Shown here one piece after another: positions 1 through 13,459 of a DNA stretch of 64,000 nt (positions are counted from its first letter, which is position 1; each line of letters opens with the position of its first letter). The notes below the pieces were generated by a model. That model saw only the letters and a list, made by a program, of their open reading frames with translations, was not told where the DNA came from and did not search any database. The position numbers were made by a program, and so were the translations under genes. The stretch lies in the NCBI GenBank assembly GCA_040954595.2, contig CM082586.2:8835337-8899336 (forward strand), read 5' to 3'. The stretch is from Balanoglossus misakiensis. Lineage: Eukaryota > Animalia > Hemichordata.

Positions 1-668
1 TTCTGTACAGTGCATGCATGGGAAATCACAACAGTTCGCGATGTGAAGACGCAACATTCGGATCATGATCACGCTAAATGTTTCTCAGTTGAAATCATTC
101 CTTTGCATGATCTGGTTTCCGGGGATTTACAATGTTACCAAACATGATGGCGAATCTACTTGGTACTAAACACATCAGAGACACTTTCGCCTAAGTACAA
201 TCTGATTAAAATCAGATGTAGGGTAAGGCGGCGTCTTTTACTTTATACGCGGTACGGTATACTTATGACAACATAAAACGGCGTCGTCATACCCGTCAAA
301 TGATTTTAAACAGATTGGCATAAGCCTACCCTAAATAACCTCGTTATATTTTTAAGTCTCTCCCCAAAAATGAAAACGAAAACGTTGCAGCTCCCCCCCC
401 CCCCCCCCCCCACATGGAGTCTAAACCTAATTATGTAGGCCCTAACACAGCCGTGGATTACAGGTACGGTTACTAGAATCTCGGTCACTCCACACAAAAT
501 GACGTAGGATGTGATTTTCTGCCGAAACTTGATTTTTCGAAGAGACGACTCGTAGGTTACAATCTTTCATCGAATGTTTAGTCTAAGGCTGCCTACAAAC
601 AGAGTGGAGGCTGTGCACAGTTGTTTCAACTTGCGAAACAACGTAGACAACCTTTCGTACCAAACTAA

Positions 669-859
669 GGGACTGGTCAGTTTCTTCGGCGTGGGGGCGG
701 GGGGCGGGGTGGTGGATTCTATATCAAAAAGTGACTGACCCCCCTTCATTGAACAAGGAAAAGTGGGCGACCCCCCCCCCCCCCCATCACCCAATACCAA
801 AACAGAGTGACCTCCCCCATGAATCCACCGGCCCCAGGCCGAAGGAACTGACCAGTACC
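669..859. mobile_element. PIF/Harbinger-like MITE
   Basis: Imperfect TIRs gggactggtcagtttcttcggc / gccgaaggaactgaccagtacc; TAA directly before (666-668) and after (860-862), the TWA TSD typical of Harbinger. Confidence 0.7.
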
Positions 860-2399
860 TAATTTCACAAGGAAAAGTCAAGACAGAGTAACTGTCCCCT
901 TAACATCAATACCTCTGCAACGGTAGGCCTTGGTTTACTTTTGACTTGTTCCACTATCTACTGTGTATCATACATTTGTTTATTTGTACCAGAAAATTTC
1001 CACACTGTCTGTCAAACAGCAGCAAGCCACAGTCCCTCAAAAGAGGGAGAGACAGATACAGAAAGAGACAGACGGCTAGACAGACAGACGGGGAGACAGA
1101 CATACTGAGAGTGAGACACGTACCGATAATACTACCTGTAGTCCCGGTGATGGCACGCTCATGAGAAATAGTTAACCGCATGTAAGTTTCTAAAAATCAC
1201 CACGGAGAAGATGATTTGATTGTGAGACTTCATACCAGTGTTTTCCAGTCTGAGAGTTAATCTCGGCGATCCAGTCTGCATGTATAAGTATTTGACGGAA
1301 TCGATATTTTGAAGTTTTAGACTAAAGGTAAATTAATTCGCCCAGAAATTTCAATGACAAGTAGCAAAAAGACATGAATGCATGCGTGGCCATAGTTGCA
1401 ATTCGGCCTTAACGTTGGTCTGAGCTATATCACACATCCCCCACGTTTTTCAGGAGTCATAATAAATTAAATGCAAATGCGGAGAAGGCAAAACAGATGA
1501 CAACAGTAGTTTTGGACGGAAAGTCGAATCCTCATTTGGAAAATTATGTTTGAATTGTTGAATGATTATATAAGAAAGGTTACCATGAAAACGAACTGCG
1601 CGAATGACTGCCTGGGGGGCACCATGCACTTTCTCAAAAAAAAAAAAAAAAAAAATAGATCAGCCCTGTGCACTTACGCGCACACATTACACATATAAGC
1701 AGGTATATAGAAACATTTGACAGAGAATTTCCAATTTTTGTCCACAAAAAGGGTGAACGATAATATACATTCCGCTGTAAACTTGAAGATGCATGGATCT
1801 TAGGTTCGATGTTTAAAAATCCACTATCTGTGAGTTTTAGCTATATTTTTCAGTATTTTTATTCTGTTTTTGGACCAATAAAAAACGTTCTGTTCCGATC
1901 ACCAGACCTACCCTAATTTTAGCCCGCCGACCCTAAACCTTTTTAGGGCTTCGTAAACCGGAAGTAAAAATAATGTTAAATATAGGCCTACACAAAATTT
2001 ATGAAAATTCCGCGAATCACGAAAGAACTATGACGTCATTATTCTACACTACGGCGGCCAAAGATATAAAAAAATGCAAAATAAAAACATTTCCCTACCT
2101 ACCTACACTATTTTTGAAAACCATGTACTGGGAACTTCCCATATTACATTTTTGGCCTTATCAACGTACCAATTTTCATCTTCAGCTGTCTGAGTCATTG
2201 CTCTTTTCAATATTTATTTGAAGCTTAAACTTTTTATCCAGCTGCAGATCATGGGTCTTTGATAATTTCATGAAGTACCATTATATCATTTTGGCCGGCA
2301 CGAAATTTAACTTATTCCATCTCTTTACGTATTGCCAATATGGCACAGTGACTTGAAAATGTTTAAAAACAATTTCTTAGTCGGTTTCGGAGAATCATG

Positions 2400-2468
2400 C
2401 AAACAAACAAACAAACAAACAAACAAACAAACAAACTGACAGACAGACAGACAAGCAAGCAAACAAAC
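2400..2468. repeat. (CAAA)n/(CAGA)n microsatellite
   Basis: Direct reading. Confidence 0.9.
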
Positions 2469-3308
2469 GGAGAGAGTGCTGATACCTCAGGCCGATTTGT
2501 CGACTTCAAACATTAATGAAGCGATTTTATTGTGAGTTTATTGTCAGACTATAAATGGTGCCCCTGCACTTCCATTCACGCCCGCTGTCGTAAAACTTTT
2601 ATTTCCGATTTCCCTCAACTACCTGCATGCAAAAATCGATCAACAGGGTCACTGATACGCACACTCAGATTCATTTTACATTACACAGCATTTACTGACT
2701 GCAATGGAAATAAGCCTAAACTTTAAAATAGCTGGCCCATCTCTGTCATTCAACAGTGTTGAAATGAATAGGGGCCGGCAGTTGCCTTGACATTGTAAAT
2801 CGACGAAAATACATTGTATTTTGTTACTGAACACGTGAGCTACCGTAAACGGTTGAATACTGTTAGTCAGGAACGTCGATTTGCAAACGATCACCTGCTA
2901 TTAAACTGATTCTCTCCATTAACATTAACACCATTTGTGATTGCATTTTACACCCAGATCCCGTTGCAATTTCAGTTGTGTGCAAGAATCATCACATTAC
3001 AGAGAAAGATTTGACCGGACAGCGGTGGAAGAAGGCCCCCTGTGACCGTGTATATAGTGAGCACATTTCGATAATAGTTCAGCTATTTACCTATTACTAC
3101 AGCAGCGGCGAGTCTAATTGGAACCCATACCCAATACCAAAAAAGATGACAACGGGTCAATTTTGTAAAATTTGGTATTCCACACTATAGGTGCAACGAT
3201 ATCGATAAAAACATGTACATAATATATTCACTATGTTCAAAATATAATATCAACAGAAAAGGGTTTATTGAAAGGGGGGAAAGGGACATTTCACATTAAG
3301 TGCGACCT

Positions 3309-3368
3309 CAATGAATTAATTTCTTTTCTCCAAATGTTCCAATGAATTAATTTCTTTTCTCCAAATGT
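3309..3368. repeat. ~30-bp tandem duplication
   Basis: caatgaattaatttcttttctccaaatgtt present twice in tandem. Confidence 0.9.
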
Positions 3369-4939
3369 TTGCTGGCAGCTGTCTATTTCGTTATATCTTG
3401 TAGTATGCCATGTCTACGACTGAAATACATGAAAATGAAAAAAAAAAAAAACATAGATGGCCTCTTCTGGCAACGCACAAACTGTTGCTGTAAAAGAGGT
3501 TGTGGTTTACGACGATGTTTATGCCACGCAGAATACAGATACTTTCTAATTTTGGGCATATCAACTGCTATGTGCTGATGATTTTGAGTATAGACATTTC
3601 CCAATGAAATCACAGGCGCCGGAATCATTGTTGCGAAAGCAGAGTGATGCAAACAAACATCGATCACTGTGACTACTGTGAGTGAAATGGCAAAAGAACA
3701 CACATTTTATTTACACGACACCCTTTGTCTTACCGCAAGACCACAGAAATACGTACGGTGGCAACCAAAATTATTCTTCCACGTAGGTGTCACCTGGTCA
3801 TATCAAAATGTACACAAATATATTATAACATTTTGAACTTTATCGGACGTCCACGTCTAGAGTACCGGCGAAGACAGTTGGTTAAATATGAACCACAAAA
3901 CTACTACATGTAAAGAACTCCTGGATATTCCACATTTTTACCCAGATGTTTTGAGGCTTACGTACCCGTTCCATCACACCCTGGGGACAGGCAAAGCCTG
4001 GCAGTTCGTGTTGTATCCAAAGTGCACCTGAGCTGTTTTCATAAGTGCAGCCGACTAATAGTGATTTTGAGGTATATCCTATAAAGAAACTTGAAATGAC
4101 AAATTCAAAGGAGTTTCTATAGTGTTAATGGCGCGTAATTCAGACGGGATTTTCAACTTTCGGCCTACGTTTTCAACACTCGTGCCAGCGATCGCCGTGT
4201 ATATACGACCCAACTCCCAAGCGACTGTGAACATTTCCAATTTTCGAACTCCCTTTTTCGATACTCGAGATCGCTTTCTCAAATTTTCACTCCACAACTT
4301 TTGTTTCTAAGCCACACCTACGATAGCGACGTCAAAATGATGTACGGTGTTACGACGACTCGACGTCATATCACATACCGGTAACGAGGTATGTTTATGT
4401 GTTGGGATTCCGTGGCACATTTCGGCCAACCAATAAACCGATTTGCAATTTCAAAAAAGGAAATTAAAAAAATGCTAAATGTCAATTTTCAAATTGTTTC
4501 AAATTGATTATTAAATTTTAGGCCTATTTTCTAATTACAAATTCTTCGTCTGAGATTGACAAATGGGAAATTGGTATATACTGCTGTGAGAATGGCACTT
4601 TGCGGCCATTCAAATTTCCCTCCGACGAACGTCATTTCCAACAATGCACTATTTCCGTTTTCCCAATTTTCAATTTACCAAAATTCTCTTTATCCTAATG
4701 AGAGGGTGGGGGGGGGGGGGGGCTGATAGTATCAATCTTTTGCCTACGAATGCATGAAATTGTTACACTTGTTTTCGCGGGAAACTTCTTACCATACATA
4801 ATGTAACGATCATACTAAGAACTAGTGTGTAACAAAAATCCTCTGTGCGCGAAACCATTATTTTTTAGAGAGGGCCCAGGAGATCGGAGGGTGAACATGT
4901 GTATTTGAATAATATAGCATGCATAGCATAGAGACCTTA

Positions 4940-6077
4940 GGGACCGTTCAGTTTTTACGGCCGGGGGGGGGGCGGCAAGTTTGTGTCACCGTTTTTCAAA
5001 ATCAGGCCGACCCCCCCTTCACCCAGGACCAAAAGATGATGACCCCCCCCCTTTGACAGACCCAAAAATATGATGACCCCCCCCTCCGAAAGCATTCGCC
5101 GTCCTGATCCTATGTACACTGTATGCAATAAAGGTAATGAGGCTCCTCTCTCCTCAATTATAAATTTCTTAAAGTAATTGAAGTATATAATAGTATATCG
5201 TTGCAATAAAGAAATCTATGAAAAAATTAAAATGACAAGTCAATGCAATAGTTGCTAGAATTGGTAAAACTAGAAAAGTGGCGGGGGTGGGCGTGGGAGG
5301 GGGTGAAAATTTTGTAAAATACGGTGCTCATAGTTGCATTTTAATGAACTCAAAAGCAAATTAACTCAATGTTAGGCAGGCCAAATTTTAATTTTGCCAC
5401 TCCACTCAAAGTAAGCATCGGGAGTGGGGTGGAAAGAAGTCTGCCCTGGTACACTAGACAAACCAGCGAATAAATGATATGTGGCGAAGAATGGAGGGGT
5501 GGGTGTGGGAGGGGGTGTCCCCCTCCCACGTAAGAAAATTTTGTAAAATATGTAGCTCAAAGTTAGAAGATTTGGTGTCATCTCCGTCATGACATCATTT
5601 ATAAAACTTTTAGTATATAGAAGATGCAGCACGAAACTATCAGTTATGCGAAATGGTTTATTAAACGATTATTTAAACAATAACCCCCGCCGCAGGCGGG
5701 TATACGCGAGATTTGGGTACAATTCGCTCCATATAGCACTCGTGCTATATGTCTCGAATTGTACCCAAATCGAGTGTATACCCGACTGAGGCGGGGGTTA
5801 TTGCTATTATATTATATCAACAATTGTTTTTGTGGCATATCAGTGTCATTTTCTTACCGAAACGGTGTCAGAAAGAGAAATTACGATCGTGAACCAACAT
5901 GGCGACGATGAATGTAAATACGAGCGGCCGGGATCGAGCATTAAACATGAAGCAGACGACAAACAGTGACAAGACGGGCATCGCGCGTGGCAAAGTGACA
6001 ACTATTTCCACAGAACAGTCCCCCCCCCCCTTGGATTTTGCCGCCCCCCCCCCCGGCCGTAAAAACTGAACGGTCCC
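4940..6077. mobile_element. PIF/Harbinger-like non-autonomous element (~1.1 kb)
   Basis: TIR gggaccgttcagtttttacggccgggggggggg(g)cggcaa at both ends; TTA on both flanks (4937-4939, 6078-6080); second copy of the left part at 58187. Confidence 0.8.
5673..6020. mobile_element. Palindrome-headed non-autonomous repeat nested in the MITE (Crypton-like architecture, tentative)
   Basis: ~130-bp imperfect palindrome (caataacccccgcc...ggcgggggttattg); 5945-6020 matches 47010-47085 in reverse complement and gctatatgtctcgaattgtacccaaatc recurs at 47105-47132. Confidence 0.55.
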
Positions 6078-6173
6078 TTACCCCTACCTTATCCTTACCA
6101 TAATTCTAACCTAAACCTAATAATGGTTTCGTGCATGGTAAGATATGGAAGACTATGGAAGACCGGTCACGAC

Positions 6174-6232
6174 ATGCGACCTGCGACCTGCGACTTCCAA
6201 ACTGCGACCTGCGACTTCCAAACTGCGACGTG
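6174..6232. repeat. Short tandem repeats (tgcgacc / tgcgacttccaaac)
   Basis: Direct reading. Confidence 0.8.
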
Positions 6233-6263
6233 CGGCCTGCTCTGTACCCATCGTCAATCACTA

Positions 6264-6390
6264 TCCGGCGCAGAAAAATTACGATATGATGAAAATATAT
6301 CGTCGATTGGACACTTGGACCCTTACACTTTGGACACCAAAGATTGGTCGTCAGACATTGCCTTGTTACCATCGGTAACGTATGACATTA
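6264..6390 (+). pseudogene. Fragment resembling the N-terminus of transposon-associated SWIM/YqaJ-exonuclease proteins
   Basis: Translation AEKLRYDENISSIGHLDPYTLDTKDWSSDIALLPSVTYDI resembles the RY..KI...G..DPY......WS.D...LP.VTY.DI motif; recognised from memory only. Confidence 0.4.
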
Positions 6391-6410
6391 GAGAGATAAG
6401 AGAGGTTTAA

Positions 6411-6599
6411 AGGTATACAGTTACCTCCAATTTACATATCCCATATATGGCTGAAATGGCGTATTTGAGTGTTCTAAAGAACATATGGTGGCGCTCTTTT
6501 TTTCTCGTGTGCCACCAACTGAAAATCCGTGATTGGCTGGATCTCAAGTTTACCATGGTAACTGTGGCTAAATTTCCACAGGTGCATGACCGTATACCT
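6411..6599. mobile_element. TTAA-flanked MITE (Kolobok-type termini)
   Basis: TTAA-aggtatacagtta ... tgaccgtatacct-TTAA; TIR 11/13 identical, starts with AG. Confidence 0.65.
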
Positions 6600-6607
6600 T
6601 TAACATG

Positions 6608-7230
6608 TATTCGCTCGGACCTGTGTTCTACGCATCACAACGGAATATGCAAATAACAAGACGGCGTTTGGAAGCAACCATGGATATTTTAGAACAAACA
6701 GTCGATCTACAGAGTCTACCGGAAAACTTTCTTATTCGCTCGGGCCAGTGTGTTCTACGCATCACAACTGAATATGCAAATAACGTGACGGCGTTTGGAA
6801 GCAACCATGGATATTTTTAGAACAAACCATCGATCTGCAGAATCTACCGGAAAGCTTTCTTATTGCGCTCCGACCAGTGCGATCTACGCATCACAACGGA
6901 ATATGCAAATAACAAGACGGCGTTTGGAAGCAACCATGGATATTTTAGAACAAACAGTCGATCTACAGAGTCTACCGGAAAACTTTCTTATTCGCTCCGA
7001 CCAGTGCGATCTACGCATCACAACGGAATATGCAAATAACAAGACGGCGTTTGGAAGCAACCATGGATATTTTAGAACAAACCGTCGATCTACAGACTCT
7101 ACCGGAAAACTTTCTAATTCCCTCGGGCCAGTGTGTTCTACGCATCACAACGGAATATGCAAATAACAAGACGGCGTTTGGAAGCAACCATGGATATTTT
7201 AGAACAAACAGTCGATCTACAGAGTCTACA
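6608..7230. repeat. ~127-bp tandem repeat, ~5 copies
   Basis: Unit ...ctacgcatcacaacggaatatgcaaataacaagacggcgtttggaagcaaccatggatattttagaacaaac... recurs five times. Confidence 0.95.
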
Positions 7231-10200
7231 GGCCGATTTACACGAGGCAACTCGGCAGGCAACCCAGAGTTGCTCGTTGAGTTGCCTCGTGTGTATGATG
7301 TAGTCGCGTCGCTGGAACGTGTCTGGCGACGTCGCCTCGAAATCCGTCATGTCAGATTTTCGGGCGACGAGTAGCGTGACGCGAAAGCGATTGCCCTGTG
7401 ATACCTCAATACATGTTGACATCTGCACATGCGAAAATGGTATTAATTTGTTATTTTACGAACCAGAAACTAGCTGTAGACTCCGGAAAATATGAAAATA
7501 TGCTATGAAATAGGACAATTGTATATAATAGTTTAATTTTTCAATATAAACTCAAGTTTTTGTGAAATAACATTTCAGTTAATTTTCTTTCCTGTGACGG
7601 TACGGAAATAAACTACTGTTAATTTCCGTGAAAACGGTTATGACGATTGGCACTTCAATTGGAACGTACTTGGTCCAGCTTGCCAATTCAACAATATCAG
7701 ATTTTAATTCTTTTTCGCGAGGTTCATTGTGTTTGTTTGTTTTATTTTTTATTTTATTTTTATTTTTTTTTTGGGGGGGGGGGGTGCCGTAACCATATAT
7801 TATAACCAAATTTCAGAGTAAACGTCAGATTATAATTACTGTCCAAAGTTCAATAGTTTTGCACAACCTCGAGTCTCCAATGTAGGCTACGTCGTAGAAC
7901 CCGCTTTTTGGGTAAAAGTTATTTCTTTGTCTGTGACGACATCATGCATACTCTGGCTCAGCAATCTCAAAAAATGTTGCACCAAACCTTAATATAGCTT
8001 TTCACAGAATCATTGAAAGATTGTGGTTACCTTACGCGGGTACGTTTGTTCAAGTAGACTTGACACCAAATCTTCTCTGTCACTGGAACTCTACCTTTTG
8101 ACCCCTATGAAACCTATATTTAAATACTCACTTTCTTTCTTCCGTATGGTATCAATAAACAAGAAAGAAAAAAGAAACTTGCTCGAGAGAATAGATTTTG
8201 TATTTGCAATGACGGCAGTACCGAAAACGAGAACCATTTCCTTTTACAATGTAAATTTAATAACGTTTTAAATTATCTCCCACCCCGGTACTCCACAAAC
8301 CCGAATCTAGATAAATTTGGAATTGTGCCGTATTGATTTCCTCATCACAGACTGCCTCGCCAAGCGTACATCATGAACAATTTAGGCAGAAATAATTGAA
8401 TTGGGCCACATCAATTACTAGTACATTTTGTTTTCATATAGGTTGGGCTATGTCTGGGTGGTGCAAGAAGCTGGAAATAAAAATTCAAGTTGATTTTTAT
8501 TTGGTTCTATTAACTTTTTTCTCTGTAAAATCTGAGTAAACGATTGACAGAGAATGTTACTGTAAGTCTATTTTCTGATATGAAGCGGTGGCCTTGAAAA
8601 ATAGGCCTAATAAAGCATTGTTGTTATATGCGGCTAGTCTGGCCGTTGGAAATCAGGCTTGCTCAGCGTGGCTGGTGTAACCTTCCCACAGGTTACAAAA
8701 AGTACAGAGTGTAATAATGTCATACACGAGTAGGAGCGCTATTTCTTCCTGTCTGGGGCTTGGGCCTGGAAGTAAAATCTGGACACTCCGTTAGCCCTAC
8801 GGAACGTTTCAAACAAATTGCTCGTTCCAATCAGGTTATGTTGAAATGGAAATACTATTCTTAAATTACATTTTCCTATAACGTGTTTCACCAAAGGGCG
8901 AAACACTTAAAACGTTTATCTAACAACGGGAACGATGGCGAATTTTGTTTCTTCGTAACGAGAGTGATGGAACTCTTCGATGATTTGTTTCTATCGGGTC
9001 GATGGGCCGATTCCCGGAAGACTAGCCACCACAAGAGGGCGCACTATGCAGGCTACTCGGGAAAGCTTTGAAAGAATGCATGGAAACCAAAAGAATTTGT
9101 CCGCTCAATTCAATACAACGCAGTAAATACGTGACCCTTCACCTCTTTGTTTTAAAGCAGTGGTACGTACACATTCAATGACAATGGTGTTTGCAAGGAA
9201 AACTTGACAAAATAAGTCAATTGTATTCATTTCTATATTTCTAGAAAATCATGAAAACATTTTGGTAACATGTACACAATAATCATCTTACTCGAAGGCA
9301 CATAAGCAATGAACAACACGATGTCCCCTCGTTTATATAGTTCAAACTTTTCACTTTTAGTAATTTTGCTTTGTGTATCTGCTGTTTCTAATTCCAGAAA
9401 TTGTGTGGCGACGCAATTTTATTTATTTTTTCCCCTTCAAGTCAGTTTTATAGTTTTATCAATATAGTCACATGTATACTGTTCATGCAGTCACTGATCA
9501 CCCGCCCCTAAGTGTCCAGTGTTTTATAGATATTATTCCGATCTGTATAAAGGTCAAATACGATTTCAAGGGTCAATTAATCCAGAGCTCTGGAATGTCT
9601 ATGTTTGATAGTATTTGATTTTATGTATTTGAAGTAGATAGGGAGAGCGGGTGTTTAACTGACTGCTCTGGTTGTCAATCATCACCGAACTGACTTGTAA
9701 ATTAGTACGTATAGAGTTGAATTGATGCCCAATGAAATTGTGACACATTGTATTTGTGATATTTTACATGGTTAACCACGCCTTGAGAAAAGTAATTATA
9801 AGAGAACCTTGTTTCTAAAGTTGGGAGGAGAATAATCTAACGTGAGATGGGGGTACCTCAGGCTACTGAGTTCGTTCCCTTCCTCATGTACTTTACTGGG
9901 CGTATTTGATGTACTTTAGTAATTCTCGACAATAAATGAACGTGAATCAGATAGGTGTACGTGTCTCCGTGGATCACTGTTCTCGTCAGAGCCCGTTACC
10001 TCGTCGCTACAGATTCCCCGATGCATGAACAGCCCATGAGATACCAGCGGTAATAATATAGCTGAAACAGTTCGAGTTTGCCGTTGCCGTCACCAAAAAC
10101 CAGAAAAAAGGGGCGACGCGCTGTTATTCAAGTGACGTGGACGCTGACCATAAGCATTTCATTTCTTTTGCCTTATCAGATGATTTTGTCTCTTATTTGT

Positions 10201-10699
10201 TTTTTGGATAATATTGTCTAAGTTGTCTAAGGCAGAGCGTGTCAGGAGCTTGCGCAACATGCGTAATTTGACAAAGTGTGGCGCTTTGAAAGGCATCTCA
10301 TTGATGTCAGTGCATCCATGCAAATTTGGTTGTTTATATGCATGGTTGTATAACAGTGGTGACATGGTAAAGAATTTGACCAATCAAAAATAACTTTACG
10401 AGAGAGTGCTGCATAACTACGCAATATTTGAAGGCTGTTCCTGATTGGTGAGGGTTTTTTTTGACTGCTCAATCCGCATGCTACCAACAACTGCGTTCAG
10501 TTTGTTACACCTGTTGTTTTATCCTTTACACCTCCTTACGATGTCATTTTCACTTCTGTCTATTTAGCATATCGCTCAAGGTATTTGCATAACAATAAAA
10601 CCTTGTCGTTGATGTTCAGTTCGTTTATCGTTCTTCCTTCTGTCTACACGCCTTCATATTCGTTCCGCAACCATTCCCTATCTTTAGATTTTTTTCTCG

Positions 10700-11040
10700 A
10701 TTTATTAGTTCTTAGTTTAGTTTTATTGCATTTCCCAGTTCATTTTCATTATCATATTTCATAGTTTAGATCAGTATTAGTTAGATATAGAATTTTTTTT
10801 CATTCAGTTATCGTTACAGTCGCATTTCTTTCAAATTTCTTAGTCATTTAGTTAGATAGATAAGTTTATTATAGTTCCGTTTATTATAGATTTTTAGTTA
10901 GTATATTTTTCTTATTTCAGATTAGTTTTAGTATTAGTATTTTTAGTTGGTTAGTAAGTTAGTTAGATAGTTAGTTACTTAGTAGTTAGTTAGTAAGTTA
11001 GTAAGATAGTTAGTTGCTTAGTAGTGAGTTAGTTAGATAC

Positions 11041-11071
<31 letters not shown>

Positions 11072-11100
11072 GTTAGTTTCTTAGTTATAGTTTCAATATT
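10700..11100. repeat. C-poor (TTAG)n-like low-complexity tract
   Basis: Grades into pure tagt repeats at 11041-11070. Confidence 0.85.
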
Positions 11101-12890
11101 AGTTTTTCTTCGGATTTGTTGCTGTCCCTGGGCCAAAAGATTAGAGTAAGTATAATATATATTGTTAATGATTTTTCCTTGTGTTTGCGCGCAACTTCCC
11201 TTAGGTAGCTGCCAGGGCCCTGTATTATATGTTCTGGTTCGCATTGTGCATGACATATCCGTCTTTTACCAAGTAGGTTGTAAAGAAAGAACGACAGGGT
11301 TTTTGTTGAGACAATTTGCTCTGTTTTCTGCTTGAGTCAGGCCTACATGTTGGAATAATGACAGACGGACGTATTCGAAATTGAGTGCAGCAATGCCTAA
11401 ACAATACATGGTTCAAAGCAGCAAGTCGGACCAATTGATATCATAAGAATGTCAAGATTTACATGAAGCCTTTAGGCCCACCAGGGCCTCTTTAATTGAC
11501 TATCTCCATACAGTAGAACTAATTACATGGTCTAAACATTAGCGTCGAATGAAATAGAAAGTAAACAAAGTATTGAGGCACATCGTACACCATGAATAGA
11601 TCCACGTGGAAGACAGCAGCCGAGTATAAATTACAATCTGTACAAGCGCTTTCAATTTGTCTTTTCCCATAGGATTGCTAGAAAACCCACGTCTGCTATT
11701 GTCATTTTCATGAACGTTTAGGTCTACACATAACTCAGTCAAATGAATTAAAATTGAATGGTAGACAACAATTGAATAGCCAACGCGCTCAATTTCGAGA
11801 TATGTTCACCCATGGGGAAAACGGAAAATTGTTGCCTCGGTAGTTTTTATTTTTATTATGATCGACTAATCTCACGGCCTTGAATTTCAAAACCAAGCAC
11901 GTTTTAACCCCCTGCAATTTATTAGCGATCGAAAAAAAAATGCTTACAAAGGAGAATAAACAACCAGCAACTTGTAAAGAGAAGTGACAAGACTTTCAAT
12001 TTGACGAATATTCTCGCATTAGTATTCTCGCGTACTTGCTCCGTGTCTACAGCATTTGCCACAAATGACAAATGAGCGAAATTCACTTTTCTGCTAACCA
12101 CGTTTGGAAATATTTATTACTGGCTTTCGCTGTCCAGCCGCCATTTTATAGTGTCACTGTCTACATTTTAGGGCTATTTTTCACCGTCCACTGAATGATG
12201 ACGGAGCTCAGCGAGTGCCCTCGAGCGATATGTTTTCCAGTCTTAGAATATCCAAACGAAAACACACCAAGTTTTCTGCCAGTTGTTTGTATTTTAATTT
12301 TCTGGCGTTGAACAAGCTGCAATGACCGTGTGGTGCAGTTCGTTTCACTTTGTAGCCTTACTCGGACTATTTTGCAGACACACATGTTAAACTAGGTTGT
12401 CGGCATTGACAGTCCCATAAATAATATGGTATCGACCAGTGCAGGCCCACGTTCCCGTCCGCAGTTCATTTTCAACTTGAAAATTATTTTTATAGTACAG
12501 TATTATAATATTATAACCGGAGCACGCCCTCAACAGGGTTGACCTTTGGCCTGTCAAAAAAGCACTCGAGCGCCATGACTCATGAGACTGTGCGTCGACC
12601 AGAAGTAATATTTATATTGATTTATTGTGTCTTCAACTTGAGTCATGTCGAGCTGAATCAAGGAGTCATGGTCCAAGCAATGATGAGACAGGTAGAATAC
12701 AGTTTTCAGCCACGATATGATGTGATACACGACTAAAACCAAACGCAGCTGCAGAATCGTTGCTCGAGGTTATACCTTGTGAGTATAGTGTAGAATGTGT
12801 GTATTGACGGAAACATTAGACGCCGTCCACACACAATTCCAGGTTAAAATCCGCATGCATGTGAGTATAACTCTGTAGTATAGACAGTTA

Positions 12891-12953
12891 TAGCTCTGCG
12901 TGGCAGGGCTGTGTTGTTACGGCGTAACAACACAGCCCTGCCACGCAGAGCTA
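12891..12953. mobile_element. 63-bp perfect hairpin insertion with 9-bp target duplication
   Basis: tagctctgcgtggcagggctgtgttgttacg-g-cgtaacaacacagccctgccacgcagagcta flanked by agacagtta (12882-12890 and 12954-12962). Confidence 0.75.
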
Positions 12954-13459
12954 AGACAGTTATAGCCCAGCGTACAGGTCTGTGTGTTCCAGGCATTACA
13001 CGGGGCTAAGACAATGAGTAATATTATGGCGAAGTATGCCCCTGATATTGGCCCTCCAATAAACATCTCATATTTTTCTATGTTTCTCAGTGTGTTGACC
13101 AATAAGGCGGGTACGTTTACACCTTTGGTTATAATCCAGCAACAGGCCTGGTTTGGCATGCATATGTGCCTGGTGAAATTCCTCCAACACCTCTTCAGGC
13201 CCTAAATAATGATCGCTCTCTTTAGACAGCTTCAAGTTGTGATTATAATGGTGGGCCTGTAATTCCTCATTATTATATAACCAGTAAACTAGTACAACTT
13301 ACTGTCTCAGACCTGGACAATTTACACCGTTATCAATATTCAATTTGCAAGTAAGCTTACATGAAAACGAGGAAACAGACCTGTGGTATGATTCCACTTT
13401 ATTTGAAATAATTAAATTTGTTTTTTATCATCCTTGATGTCATTTCATTATTTTTAGAT

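Noticed and set aside
6605-7428. Overlapping ORFs in the 127-bp array
   Set aside because: Unit length is not a multiple of 3, so frames rotate; repeat artefact
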